Shown here in pieces: positions 25,412 through 38,500 of a stretch of DNA of 64,000 nucleotides (position 1 is the first letter of the stretch; each line of letters begins with the position of its first letter). Under the pieces are notes generated by a model. It had not been told where the DNA came from and did not search any database. It saw nothing but the letters and a program-made list of their open reading frames with translations. The DNA is taken from contig NW_026782170.1 of NCBI RefSeq assembly GCF_031769215.1, forward strand, positions 682,001 to 746,000, in the 5' to 3' direction. Made by a program: the position numbers and the translations under genes. Source of the DNA: Ylistrum balloti (lineage: Eukaryota).

Positions 25412-26875
25412 CTAAGACTTGTGTAGTTTGGTGGGATGTTTTTCCTTAATATAGGCTATATAATAAAAATTCGAAAACAGAATGGTCATAGACATTCCAT
25501 AAAAAATTCCATAAATACAAAAACCATAATATAGATACCCTGTAGTTGCATGAATGAATCCTATAAAAAACTGTAGAAGCTGCAACTGTGTGATATGTTT
25601 CTTCCAAGGAAAGGACTTGTCTGGGAATGTAGCACTTAAGCCATAGTACAGGTAGAGAACAATATGTACAAAACAGTTGATGGCCAGGTAGAAGGCTATA
25701 CAGGGCCAGGGATACACGTTGTATGATACGTCACTCAGCAGCAACATGGAGCAATGGTGGTACACATGCAGGAAGCTAATCTGCCGGCGACGGTGACGTA
25801 GCATCATGAAGACAGTGTCCAATAGCTCGACGAGTTTTGTTATCCAATAAATCCTGAAGAATGGGATCATCAACTCAGATGGGCCTTTCTGGAATGTTGA
25901 CTCACTCTGAGACAGACCATACAGTAATCCCAACATGGCATACAGGCTGGCAGCACTACAGGCAAAGTTGTGGATTATCAGGATCTTAGAAAAAGACAAG
26001 TACTTCATAAATAGCAAAATGCACTTCTGTATTTTTATTTTTTTGTCACTGCATGCATACTTTTTATGAGTTAGCTAAAATGACTGCGTACATAGAGAAG
26101 ATACAGTAAATCCTAATTGTACCAACATCATAGGGGACCACAAAAAATGTCCGATGTGACAGGGTGTCAGTAAAGTCAGTAGTATATGTAAAAAGCAATG
26201 AATAGCTCATTCAATTGTTTATATGGGACTTGAGAAATTATTCAATTTTGATCTAGTGCAACTTTGAAAGAAAAAATCAATTCGAAAATAGTGGTAAGTT
26301 GAAACCAAACTGAAAAACAAAATATACATTTTTACAATGATACACTATTACCCAAGTTCAAAATGGAGTGCTTAACTGACTTCATTTGCATCTTCTACTG
26401 AATCTAGTTACTAGTCATCTCCCATTCTTGCCATCATTAATCATTCCTCCAAATGCAAAGGGGTTTTTGGTTGAACTCACATTAACTTTCTTGTCATTTT
26501 ATCCCCAAATGTTTGAAATGTTTTTTCCCTTCCATTAAAAACAAACTAACAAAAATCACAAGATGCCCTATGAAATTGTGAGAACTGGTATTTGCATGGT
26601 GAGTATTCCTTGATCTCTTTACAAGCATTGAAAGAGAGACTGATGTGTGCAGATTAGGTCAAGAAAACACCAGATCTATATTTTTGGTCTTTGTAGTGTT
26701 TGATTTAACTGGTTTTACTACATGTACTTACTGGTCTCATTTGGAGAGGGGAGGTAACTCTCTGGTAGATAGGTGACAACATAATCATGATGAGGTATGC
26801 ACAGAACAATGGAAAAGACCACAATGAGGTGGTGGTCAGCAGGAATTTCTGTATATTTTCTACTGTGTATGCCAT
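25412..26875 (-). CDS. Divergent ELOVL-family fatty acid elongase, 238 aa, 2 coding exons
   Basis: Exon 26875-26732 (48 codons, MAYTVENIQKFLL...LQMRP, donor GTAAGT) joins in phase 0 to exon 25984-25412 (ILIIHNFAC...KLHKS-TAG). ELO motifs: KLVELLDT, SFLHVYHH, NCFVHIVLYLYY, TQLQLLQF. An acceptor at 26888 just upstream of the ATG implies a non-coding first exon further right. Confidence 0.9.
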
Positions 26876-27129
26876 TTTGGGATGAATCTGAAAGTAGAGT
26901 AAAAAAACAAAACCATTCTAAACACCAAGTGAAGAACTATGAAATAGTGTTTGATAGGAGTGATTTAGTACTAATGTACTTCATTAGCTAAATGAAAATT
27001 GCAAGAATGGATCAACTGTACAGTATTTCATATAATCATTAAATCTATCAATTCCAAAATCAATTCTGAGGTCTAAGTCAATGTAATATTTTGATCAACC
27101 TGGAATGTATAATTGATTAATATCTCGGT

Positions 27130-27384
27130 GTAATTAAGCTCAGCAAAGAAAATTTGAGTCAACTAGCTTTACTGAGTTACTCAGTTATTCAAACTTGATA
27201 GCATTGCTGAGCATCAGGAGATAAACACAAACACAACTGATAATTTGTCCTTGGGTCTGGTCCCACCCACTTTGAAAATGTATCTATGGGTTGAGGCATA
27301 TCCTTCAAAAGAACTGTCAAGTTTTGCATTATTGACTTAAATATGTAGGTTAGCAACACAGGCCCTCAGGGCCTCTTGTAACTC
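27130..27384 (-). mobile_element. Short HINE-like element, reverse orientation
   Basis: The minus strand starts acaagaggccctgagggcctgtgttgctaacct, matching the 5' end at 1839. A degenerate terminal hairpin lies near 27130-27170. Confidence 0.5.
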
Positions 27385-29482
27385 TTGTCTCTTTGCATCA
27401 AAAAGATGAAATACTGAAATCAGATACCTTTCTTTATATTTATTAACTTGTATCAAAATAGAAATAACACACAGCAAAAGAGAAGTGCTTCTTTGCATTT
27501 GACATCTTGTCATGAGCTTCATATTTGAGGTTAGGGACACCAGATAACTGTCACACTTAAATTTCCTGTTGATTAATGGTAGGTATATTACAGGAGGAAG
27601 CAATGAAAAACACCCTGTCACTACTGGGGCTTGAACCAAGAACCATGTCTCATGCTGGACACTATTGCTCAACTTGAGGGAAATTCTCACAAGTCGAGGC
27701 AAATAAAGTGACTTGTACTCTTTAACTTCTGCAATATTCCCTCCTTCACTTGAGAGCCTTCAACCCCCAAAGACAACAACTCGTATTCAGTATCTCAAAA
27801 GGAAGCATCTCAATCACCCATACCTGCTACCCTTGAAGTGGTCAATGGCATCAAATCTGTAATAGAAAGGAGAACCAATAATACAAAACACCTTGCCACC
27901 AAAAGGTTCAAACCAGTGAGCCTTCAGCCTCTAACTGCACACTTAGCTGATCTACTTAAAAGCAAGGCTAGTAAGGTGACCTGTAATCTCAACTTCTACA
28001 GGTATAGATGGTTTATAAAAACCAGTACTCATGCTTACAATTTTATTCCCTCTTTTGCCATTTGTCTGCATACTGGTTTTAAAAAATCATATGCCAAAGT
28101 AGCTGATCTACAGCTGTGGTCTTGTACAGTATTAATGCTAAACTTTACAAAAAGCAAATCCAAGACCTGAACAGAAATCTGAATGGCTGCCTACCATGAT
28201 TATCAAAAACTAACCAAACGTATGTGCGATTTATTGTGGGCATAGAAATCGTGACTCTGTTAATCACCAAAATGGCTATTCCATCCATTATGAATAATTT
28301 GTTTTAAGTTTAGTTGTAATTAGCACAATTAGCATGTATTGGGTTGGAAGGCAATGAACTGTCTTGTTATGGCATTAATGGTCTTCATTATTGTCAGAGT
28401 TTTGTAGACATTCAGGACATGTGTAATATACTGTAATAGCTCCCAATATATGACGTTTGTCTGTTAAGTTCAATATTTTTCATATGACCAAACATAATCA
28501 ATTTGGACATTAATCACAAACATCTTGCATTCATATCATCAATGCACTAAATACCAAATAAAAGTTTGGGTCTCATGAAGTACAATGCTAGACCTCAGTG
28601 AATGTTTGGAATGAAAATTACAAACGTAAACACAACACAACAAAAATAACAAAACTATATTAACTGTAATCTCAAATTTAAATCTCGTCATATATCCGTA
28701 AATACAACAAATCTGAACAATTGATTAAATTCGTCATTCAGTATGACTGATCGCAAGCCGTTTTACTGAAATAAATCGAGCGCTTCTGCATTTAACACGC
28801 ATGTGTACGTGTTTCCGTGGTGGTAAGTGTGTTCACATGCGCACGCGTACGTGTGCATTTAGTTATAATTATACAATACATGTGATATTTCTGTTTACTT
28901 GGTATTAAGAATCTTTGGAGGGTAAAATCTGTAAACAGCACAGCAAAACATCTAAGAACGCTACATTACAAACAATATGAATCAAACCGGCTTTTTGCAT
29001 CAGAAACCTTACCTAACCTGTTCACACCTTCAGGAACTGTTGTCTGCTTTATGATCCTACACCTGTTGTATGGGATATATCAGTGTGTATATTGTAGGGA
29101 AGGTATGATTTTTTTTCTCTGTAATTTAATTAGATTTATACAATATTAGATTACTAAATATACTAACTGTTACGTTTCCTATTTTGCGAATAAGTATTTT
29201 AATAATTCATCGTAATTACAATATCGTAACCTTTTTGATAAAAAGGTTGATTAAAATTAAATAATGACTGCTCTTTTACATCTTTTTATAAACTAATATT
29301 TTATCTGTAAAGAATTGCGATTCTGTTAATGAATAATACGAACAATTTTAATATTGTCATTTCTTGATTCCTGTATCATATTTAGTGTAGATTGTGGTAA
29401 ATCATCTTTACATCACATTTTCTCAGCTATAGTAAATCCGGATATTAAATGTTGCTTAGGAAATTAGCATTGACCAGGAAAT

Positions 29483-29521
29483 GCCACGTCCATAAGTTTG
29501 CGCAGGCGTACGAGCCGGAAG
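29483..29521 (+). promoter_or_regulatory. USO1 proximal promoter motifs
   Basis: GCCACGT(C) at 29483-29490, NRF1-like TGCGCAGGCG at 29499-29508 and ETS-like CCGGAAG at 29515-29521, all within 60 nt of the ATG at 29540. Confidence 0.5.
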
Positions 29522-29539
29522 ACACGACAGACGTCTGCG

Positions 29540-32500
29540 ATGGAGTACTTCCGAAAATACCTTGGAGCACCACAAGAGGGTGGTCAACCCACGGGAGCTG
29601 AAACGGTTGGTGCTATTTAACAACAAACATAATGTAAAATAGATTATGTTGGTATATAGCTGGCATGTTGTCTACCATATGTCTGAAACTGCAGTGTAGG
29701 ACCGGCCGGTAGACCCCCCCCCCAGCCACACTGTTTAGAGTATCGTACAGTCAGATGGTACTATACCTGTTGCAGATAACTTAGTATAGCACTGAGTAGG
29801 AATAGATGCATAATATAGAAACATACCATATGTATTACTCAATAGTATGTTTGCATATATGGATACCCATAACTGAAAACGCTAAGACAAGTGGAAAGAT
29901 AGTCTGAAAGGATCCATCTATCCGCGATTTAGACTTTGTGGTGACAAGTCAAAAAATAAAATCAAAGCTAGATCAGAGTCTTTCGGAATAGTGGAAAAGG
30001 TGCTTTTGCTTCTCTCCTAGGGTTCTTGTAATCCCGTGTAAAGTTATAAACATTCAGTTCTACACAGTATCTTAATGATTGAACAAACATCAGAATTATG
30101 GGCTAATCACACGCATCACCAGAAATGATGCTTTTCAGTGTTTTACTTTTAAAAATCACCATCTTTCATTCCATGCCATAATTTCCTCATGGTGTAGGCC
30201 TCATAGATGCCGATATTGTTGATAAGTATTACACCCAACATCATGGTGACATTTTGGGTTCTTATGCACTTAGTGTTAAGTCACATGACAGGAATTTGGA
30301 GCAACACCAACATCTAAACCGTTCAAAAAGTACTGTCCATCTGTTTAGTTTTCATGATATGAATTTTAAAGGACAATTTAAACCAACCGGTGGGGGCAGG
30401 TTGTAGCAATATTTGCATGAAAACTGTTTTAGTTTCCAGATAGGCTTCAAAATTTTAAAAGAGCGGTAGTAACAAGTCAGAAGATGTAGCCATTCGTAGG
30501 AATCTTATGAAATTTGCTTCAAAAAGGCATGGAATGTTGTATGGATACTAGAAACATGCTATAAATTAAACTATACAACAACAAAACTCCTTACAATACT
30601 TAATATGTTGGTGATTATGAAAATTAAGCTCATACCAGACACAAGCATTTATGGGAAAGTATTGTACAATTTAATTGTGTATTCATACAATAATGATGAA
30701 AATAAGATTTGAGATATGATTATGCGAATCTTGTCAACCTGTTCATTAACAGCACACCATCAATAAAATATTGGGATGTCACCAATTCAATAACTTGTTA
30801 AATGTATACTGAATGAGACCACATGATATGCAAAAAGAACAGATTTTCATACTTTATTTTTTGTAATTTGTCTTAATGTCTTTATCTCATACGAAATGTG
30901 TGGCATGTAATATCTCACATATAATGCATGTTTACATTGATTCTAAATACATTTTATATTTTATTAGTCCACCATCCATGAATTGACATGTCCACAAATG
31001 ATAAAATAGATAACAGTTGATATAGATTATAGTACTAGTGAATTTTGAGAGCAAAGTTTATCCACAAAATCAAGGGTTAATGACAATATGTATTTTTGAA
31101 AGTCCTAGAAATTTTAGCCCCACAAAAATGTATGATTTTACATTGGTTCTGAAATGGATAATGGTATAGCAAAAAGGGAAGGAAGACAGCAAACCAACAA
31201 TTTTATAAATAATTGAAACAAAAAATATTACTGTTAAGTCAGATATTTTTGTTGGGCTCAAGAAATTTCATTCTGTGGACGCATAATTCCACAGATAACT
31301 ATAGCTCAATAAAATTCCCCAGGAATATTTATGATATCATAGTATAGGGCCTATTTTTTGAGGGCTTTCCCAAACTATTTTGAGTGGTCAAACTGGACAT
31401 TCAGAATAGACTTTGCACTCTGATGATATCCCATAGGGCCATTGCAACAAGGGTAATGTATATAAGATGAATTTCTAACTTTCAGGTTGAGAGGCTTGTA
31501 GACAGAGTTCAGTCATCCACACTACTAGATGACCGCAGAGATGCTGTTCGGGCTCTCAAAGCCATGTCTAAGGTAAAATGTTGTCTACCATTGTGGGTAT
31601 CAAACCATTGAAAGCAACAGATATTTGTAATTCAGAAATGATGATTAAGATTTACACCCAATGTTCAAATGTAATTGTAAATGTTAATTGTTTCCATGAG
31701 TCAACATATAATGTATATGTATAAATGGTAGTTGAATGCTGATAATTTTTGATCTTTTTTTCAGAAATTCAGACTGGAGGTTGGTACACAAGGAATGGAT
31801 ATCCTGACCAAGACATTAGAAGCAGACAGGTACAATTAACTTCTTTGTATGTGTGCATTTGGTAAATCAAAAGTCATTCAATGATGTATACTCAACATGT
31901 CTTGTACAAGTTTTTGTAATATCTGAAGGCTTGATATGAAAGTGCTTATGCTTTATTAATGGACAGTGTTTCCATGGCAATGAATTTGCTTGGATGGAGT
32001 GATTAGTGAATGATACAATTTATTAGGTCTTTTTATGGATTTCTTTTACATGTATAGGATACATCTAATATATTATTATCTTTGATTTCAGAGGTGATGC
32101 AGAAATCACAGGCTATGCACTTGATGCTCTCTGCAATATTTTGTCTAATGAACCACTAGATGATGGTAAGTAATACTCACAGGAAAACATATGCAATTTT
32201 GTGGGCGTTAAAGTAATACACATTGAATTTTTATATGATGATTGGTGCTGGTTCAGTTTCTAGATTAAATGGTGTTGCAAGCAGTGGTGTCAGACCTGTA
32301 GCATAACCATTTTTATAACCAGCTTATTTTAAGGAAAGGCACATAACATTGTCTCTGGTCAACACTACATCATTTTGTCATAATTTGGTTTACCTTCTTT
32401 CTGCTATTATAAGTTGAAGTATAGTAAGTAGTTATTTAATAAGTAAGTTAGCTTTTCATTTGGTTTCATTCCACTAATATTTCTAAAGTTCTGAGCTTTG

Positions 32501-35500
32501 AACAGAAAAATTTTTCAGAAAATATCAATTTTCTCTTATTTTCATGGAGCTGGATGAGAACATTAAACTGAAACTTTAAAGTGAAGTTCTGTTATGATAA
32601 AATGCTGGTCAACACAATGTTTGGTACTATTTGCCTACTTTTATTTTCTTCAGAATTATGTGATTTGACATGTAATTGCCTTCTGGAATGTTGCAGGCCA
32701 GTTTTATATTTTGTTTAGATAGACATCTCTTTTTTCTAGAGTTATGATCCTTAGACCTTGGAAGTATCTATTAAGTTAAAACTCAATTTCAAGTGCTGGA
32801 TTGGAATATTGAATTGAAATTGGATATATACAGTGCATTGTTTGTACCAGATCAACTATTAATCAATTTTGGTCAGCCAACACTTGACAGAGTCATTACT
32901 ACATCTCAAGGCATTTGTGTTGTACTGATACATCTAGTTTTTGCTAATATTTTTTCTATGTGATATATTGATAGTTTTTTTTACATGAACTTGTTCAGAT
33001 GATTTTAGAGAAACAAACCTATTTGTTGCTTTTATTTTATGCCAATTTCTTTGGGAAAGAGATCACTCTTGCTTTATCAAACATTTCCCTTTCAGATGAA
33101 GAAGAGATTCAGGAGAATGTTCCAGATGATCTTGGGAACCAGTTCACAGAAATATTTATAAAGAAAACAGATAATGTTCCATTACTGTTGTCACTGTTGG
33201 AGGTAAAATTTATGAAGACAAAATATTGATAACTTCAAAAAACCTGACACTGCGCATGGTGCTTTTCAGCAATCTAATCTATAAATCTTCCCTTCTGATT
33301 GTTTGCTGAAGTAAAACATTACTTAACTGACAATCACCCAATATTCTCCAATCAAAAATTGCTTGTTATCACTAATCAGAATTATTGTTGTCGCATGACA
33401 TCAGAATTTGATGTGGTCTTTTTTTAGCCATTTTTTCTAATACTGGAGGAAAAGTGTCATTAATTAAGGAATGCTTAAATTTAAAAACTATTAGATGTAA
33501 AGGAACTTTGTATTTCACTTATGAAAGAAATTGATATAAACATTCATTTAATGTAAGATAAAAAGAATCCAACAGCATGTTTTATAAAAAAGAAAGCGGA
33601 CAAATCTCATTAATGATAAGGGGAGCCAATGATTTTTCTTACCACGATTGTTATGAAGCATCTATGATCCTTCAAACCATGGAAACAATGTAAAAAGGAA
33701 ATGTGGCTCTCTTAATACAATTTTACTTTTATAACTTTAATCCAATGATTGAGAGATTTTCTCAAGAGTGATTTCTGGTAAATAAATAGGGTGAAAATTG
33801 AAGGATAATTTTATGTTAACTTTTGATATTTTGTTTAAAAATATTATTATGTCCAAACCTTACTCAATAAAATAAAAAAAAATATTTCACTGATTTATCA
33901 AAGAATAAATATTTCAGTATAATTGATAATCACTCATGAAAGGTGATCTAATTTACTTGGTAAAATATTGAAGTATCAGAGTGATACAGACACTTCTGAC
34001 CTCGTGTTAAGTGATGTTTGACTTTTCTTTCTGCAGGAGTATGATTTCCACATTCGTTGGCCAACTGTGCGACTACTTACAATTCTGTTGACCAACAAAG
34101 GCAAAGAATTACAAGAGATTATCCTAGTCAGTCCAATGGGAGTATCTAAACTGATGGACTTATTGTCAGACAGCAGAGAAATCATACGCAATGATGTTAG
34201 TTTTTTGTTTGTACTTAAATATCTTCAATTTAGTGTATAATGTATATAAATATGTCTGATTATTATAATATGTATAGGGTATTAATATTCATTGCAGTTT
34301 TGTAGTCACTAGCTGATCACATCTGTCCATAGAATCTTACATAGGGCAGCTTAAAGTCCTTACATTTTTTGAGAAATGAAGAAGAATTATATCATAATTG
34401 CTTTCTGGTCCTTCAAAATTATTAACTTGATCGATCCTAATTGTTAAAACACAATCTAGCAACAGAAAAACTAATGATTAGATCAACTAAATCAGAGATA
34501 TGAGTTTGAATTACCATGTTAAAAAAATTGATAATGTGGTCAATGATAATTTAATTACGTAATCACTTAGTTTGTCCCTCAACTCTCCATTTCATAAGTT
34601 GTTTAAGAGGGGCAGTGATAGCTCAGTTGCTTAGAGAATAGGTCTCCATAACTTCAGGTGAAGATCTGAGGTACATGGTTCAATGTTCCCTTCCCATGAT
34701 GTTCATGTTTCACTGGAAGCTGTGAAATGGACTGGTATTAGTGTTGAGGTTGGGTCCTTTGATAAGACATTTATCCTAATTGCTGTGGATGATCAGGCTT
34801 CCCTTACTGTATGTTATTCAGTTACATAGTCACAAGCTGATAGAAGACTTTGTCTCAAGACAACCAAAGCTGTTCAAGGGGCAGTAAACCCAGCAAATAG
34901 TCAAACAAATAACATATCACCTGTAAAATGTTCACAGATTAGGTTCTAGTCATATCTGTAATCAAATGATAATCAGCTAATACAGTTCTCTAATTGATCA
35001 ATACTTTACTTCAAACACTATAATGTAAACAAGTGTAGCTTGATGAGGACAAAAGTTCAGTGGGCAACATTTACATGATTAAAAAAAAAAAAAAAGAAGT
35101 GAATGATTAACTTCAAACAATTTCTGTTGTTATTTTAGGCTCTTTTGCTGCTGATTCAGCTGACAAAGAACAATGCAAACTTGCAAAAGATTGTTGCTTT
35201 TGAAAATGCTTTCGAAAGACTGTTTGATGTTATTACAGAAGAAGGTGACAGTGATGGAGGTATGTTCTTTTCACACAGCTTTAGTTGTTTTTTTACCTGC
35301 TGTAACTTTACTTGTTGGGCATACAATTAAATTGGGTACTGTTTTTGACTAATGTATTGATTCTGGAATGATACAAAAAAGCTATTTAAGGTATTCTGAA
35401 GAACAATATATCCAGGTACTACTGTTTAAGTGCCATTAGTTATGTTTTGAGATTTAATTTTGTTATAATGCACATAACTAGGAAACCTAAAATCATTTTA

Positions 35501-38500
35501 ATTGAACATTTTCAAAGAAAGTTTAGAAACTGTTTATAAATACAATTCGCTAGAGTTTCCCTTTTTTCACTACTTTTCATACATTCACATTATATAGCAT
35601 TAGCTTGTCTAACTCTGTGTCTAAGTATCATTTGTCTCTACATGGATTTCCACTGCGTGACTTCGCTTATGTGACATGATTGATCATCTTCATCAGCTGG
35701 TACAATTGTATCATATATTCATTTGGTATTTCTGCAACTTCCCTTCGGTCAAAGAACTGATGTGCTGAATCACTGATTTATGGGTTTCTGGAACTAAATT
35801 CAGCAATGTTCATGTGATCTTTGAATTTGGCTGAGAGATGCAATTTTAGGTTGATAGCATATATTGGCTATTGTTTTTTATGCTTAGACTTAATATATTG
35901 AATGTATCAAAAAAACTTTCACATTTCACATATCGAAATGGGAAAATAATGACCTGAAATTTTTATACTGAGTATCTTACAGTTTTATGAATAGTTTTCA
36001 GACTGAACATGTGATAAGTTATATATTGTTAACAAAGCACATTGGCCCTCATCTCAAGTTGCAACACACATACATATATTAATATAATAAATCAGTATGT
36101 CTTCTACTTCTTGTCAATTAAACTTTATATTGTTGGATGCTTCCAAATTTTAATGCCTCACCAATTTTTTTAACAATTGAGTGTTATATGGAATAGGGAC
36201 AGCCACAATATTAGTGTCATAAAACAACATACAGATCTGATTGCAGAATGAAAGAACATCATTATTCAAATATCAAATTTTATACTTTCTATGATTTAAT
36301 TTCAGATATTGCTTAAACAATTTTTTTTATTACAGGTATTGTAGTAGAAGACTGTCTGATATTGCTGTTGAATCTACTCAAGAATAATGCATCAAACCAG
36401 AATTTCTTTCGTGAGAGCAGTTACATACAGAGATTGTCTCCTTTTTTCAATTTAAAGTCTGACCAGCAAACATCCCAACCTGGTTGGTCGGCACAAAAAG
36501 TCACTAATATACACAAAATGTTACAGGTAAGCACCAAAACGTCACCAACATAACAAAATATTTTAGAACATTTTCTTTATGTTAGTAATGTCAGTAGAAT
36601 AGAAGTTCTTATAACACAACCAGAAGAAGACACTAACACTCAAATCTTCTACTGGTTGTGTTACAAGAACTTCTATTCTACTATCATAACAAAATGTTAT
36701 AGGTGCTTTTTAGGTCACCTGAGACAAGTCTGATGGGATCAAAAAAGATAAAGTTGATTGGATTTAAAAAGAATTATACTCATCATACTCTATTATACTC
36801 AAGACCAAGATATGTCAGAATGAAATACTCTTCAAAAATGGAAGGGGTTTGAGAGGCATTATCGAAATCCTAATTTTCTTGACCCCTCTGGGGAGATCAT
36901 GGTTAAGTTTCCCCTATAGTTTGTGATAAGTAAATGTATTTTTGAGCTTGAGTTATTTTCTCATTTCCAGTGGAAACAATTTAAAATATGGTTAGAATTT
37001 TCAACATTGTATGGCAGTTGATATTATATGTACATTTAACATTTGAATTATATGTACACTGGAGTTATCTTACCTTTGTTTACAAATTGATTTCTATGGC
37101 AAGTTACAAAAACAAAAATGATGGTTTTTACAAAACTTGTGTGTCTTTTGTCGCCCTTCAGCCTCTTGTTATCATAAGATTGTATTTTTTTACTGAAGAT
37201 AAATATTAGAACATGTTTGAATTTCTTTGATTTATAATTTTTTTTCAGTTGGTTCGTACTTTAGTGTCTCCTAACAGTCCACAACAACAGATGTCATCAT
37301 GTCAACGGTCAATGTTTCAGTGTGGTAAGGAATGTTGTATTACACATTCAAATGAAATTCTGGATGCTTAAATATCAATCTAGATATCTTGAGACGGAGA
37401 AAATTATTTAGCGATTAAATTTTATTTTGTGTCGCCTACAATTATACTCATGTCCTAAAAATTGGATAGTAATGTTAAAATGAATAACAACAAAATGCAT
37501 AACCCAAAACCTGTAAGAGGTATCAACATAAGACTTCATAGGTAGATAGATCTCAACAAGGAGAAGTGCATTGCACCAGCACAATCACCCTCTTTTGCAT
37601 AATTTAGGTGTTATTGCCCTTTGTTAATTTTCATACTTAAATTTTGTCTAGAGCATTACACTAAAACTGTTAAGAGGTATCATCATGAAACTGTATAGGT
37701 AGACAGATCTCGATGAGAAGGTGGGCAATGCACAAGAATCATAACTCTTTTGTTATTTTTCATACATAAATTTTGTCCCATTCGGAGAGCATAACCCATC
37801 TGACAGCCTTTGAAAATAAATCATTAAAGAATGTCATCGGAAAAAGTTGTATTCCACTATTTATTTAGACTTGCATTGATAATAGGAGAGTCTTCAAGGG
37901 TTTTAAATGTATTATTGCTGAAGGTATAATAACTGAATAAAAAATTGAAATCTTGCCTGATATAATCTGTTACAGGCTTAGTACAACAGTTATGTACCAT
38001 ACTGATGGCTAGTGGTGTGCCTGCAGATGTCCTCACAGAGGTATGTACAGCTAATGGTCTTCGTTATATCCATCATAAGTCTTCTGTGCCTTGGTGGTAA
38101 CTTTGATACTCAATTTGATTTAATATTCTATCGCATTAATGTGTTAACAATTTCCATGTCCTTATTACATCACTTATTTGATTTTGTAAACAGAGTTTGA
38201 GAATAGGAATTGAACTTTATATACATCTTAATATAGAAAGACTTTATCACATACTTTGCAAATAATACTTTGCATATAATTGTACATTTGTTTCACTATT
38301 TGTCTTACTTAAGACCATTAACACTGTGGCAGAGGTGATCAGAGGCAACCCACAAAATCAAGAGTATTTCGCTTCTGTGATGGCTCCGTCCAACCCTCCC
38401 AGGTATTTGTCAGAACTAGAGTATATGTTACTTTGACAAAGATACATAACTGTCACAGTAATATATAGCTAGTATTTTTAAAATGATTGTTTAAAAACAG

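Noticed and set aside
25985-26017. ORF-track start of the second elongase at 26017
   Set aside because: It is a non-ATG start in intron sequence; the true N-terminus is in exon 26875-26732.
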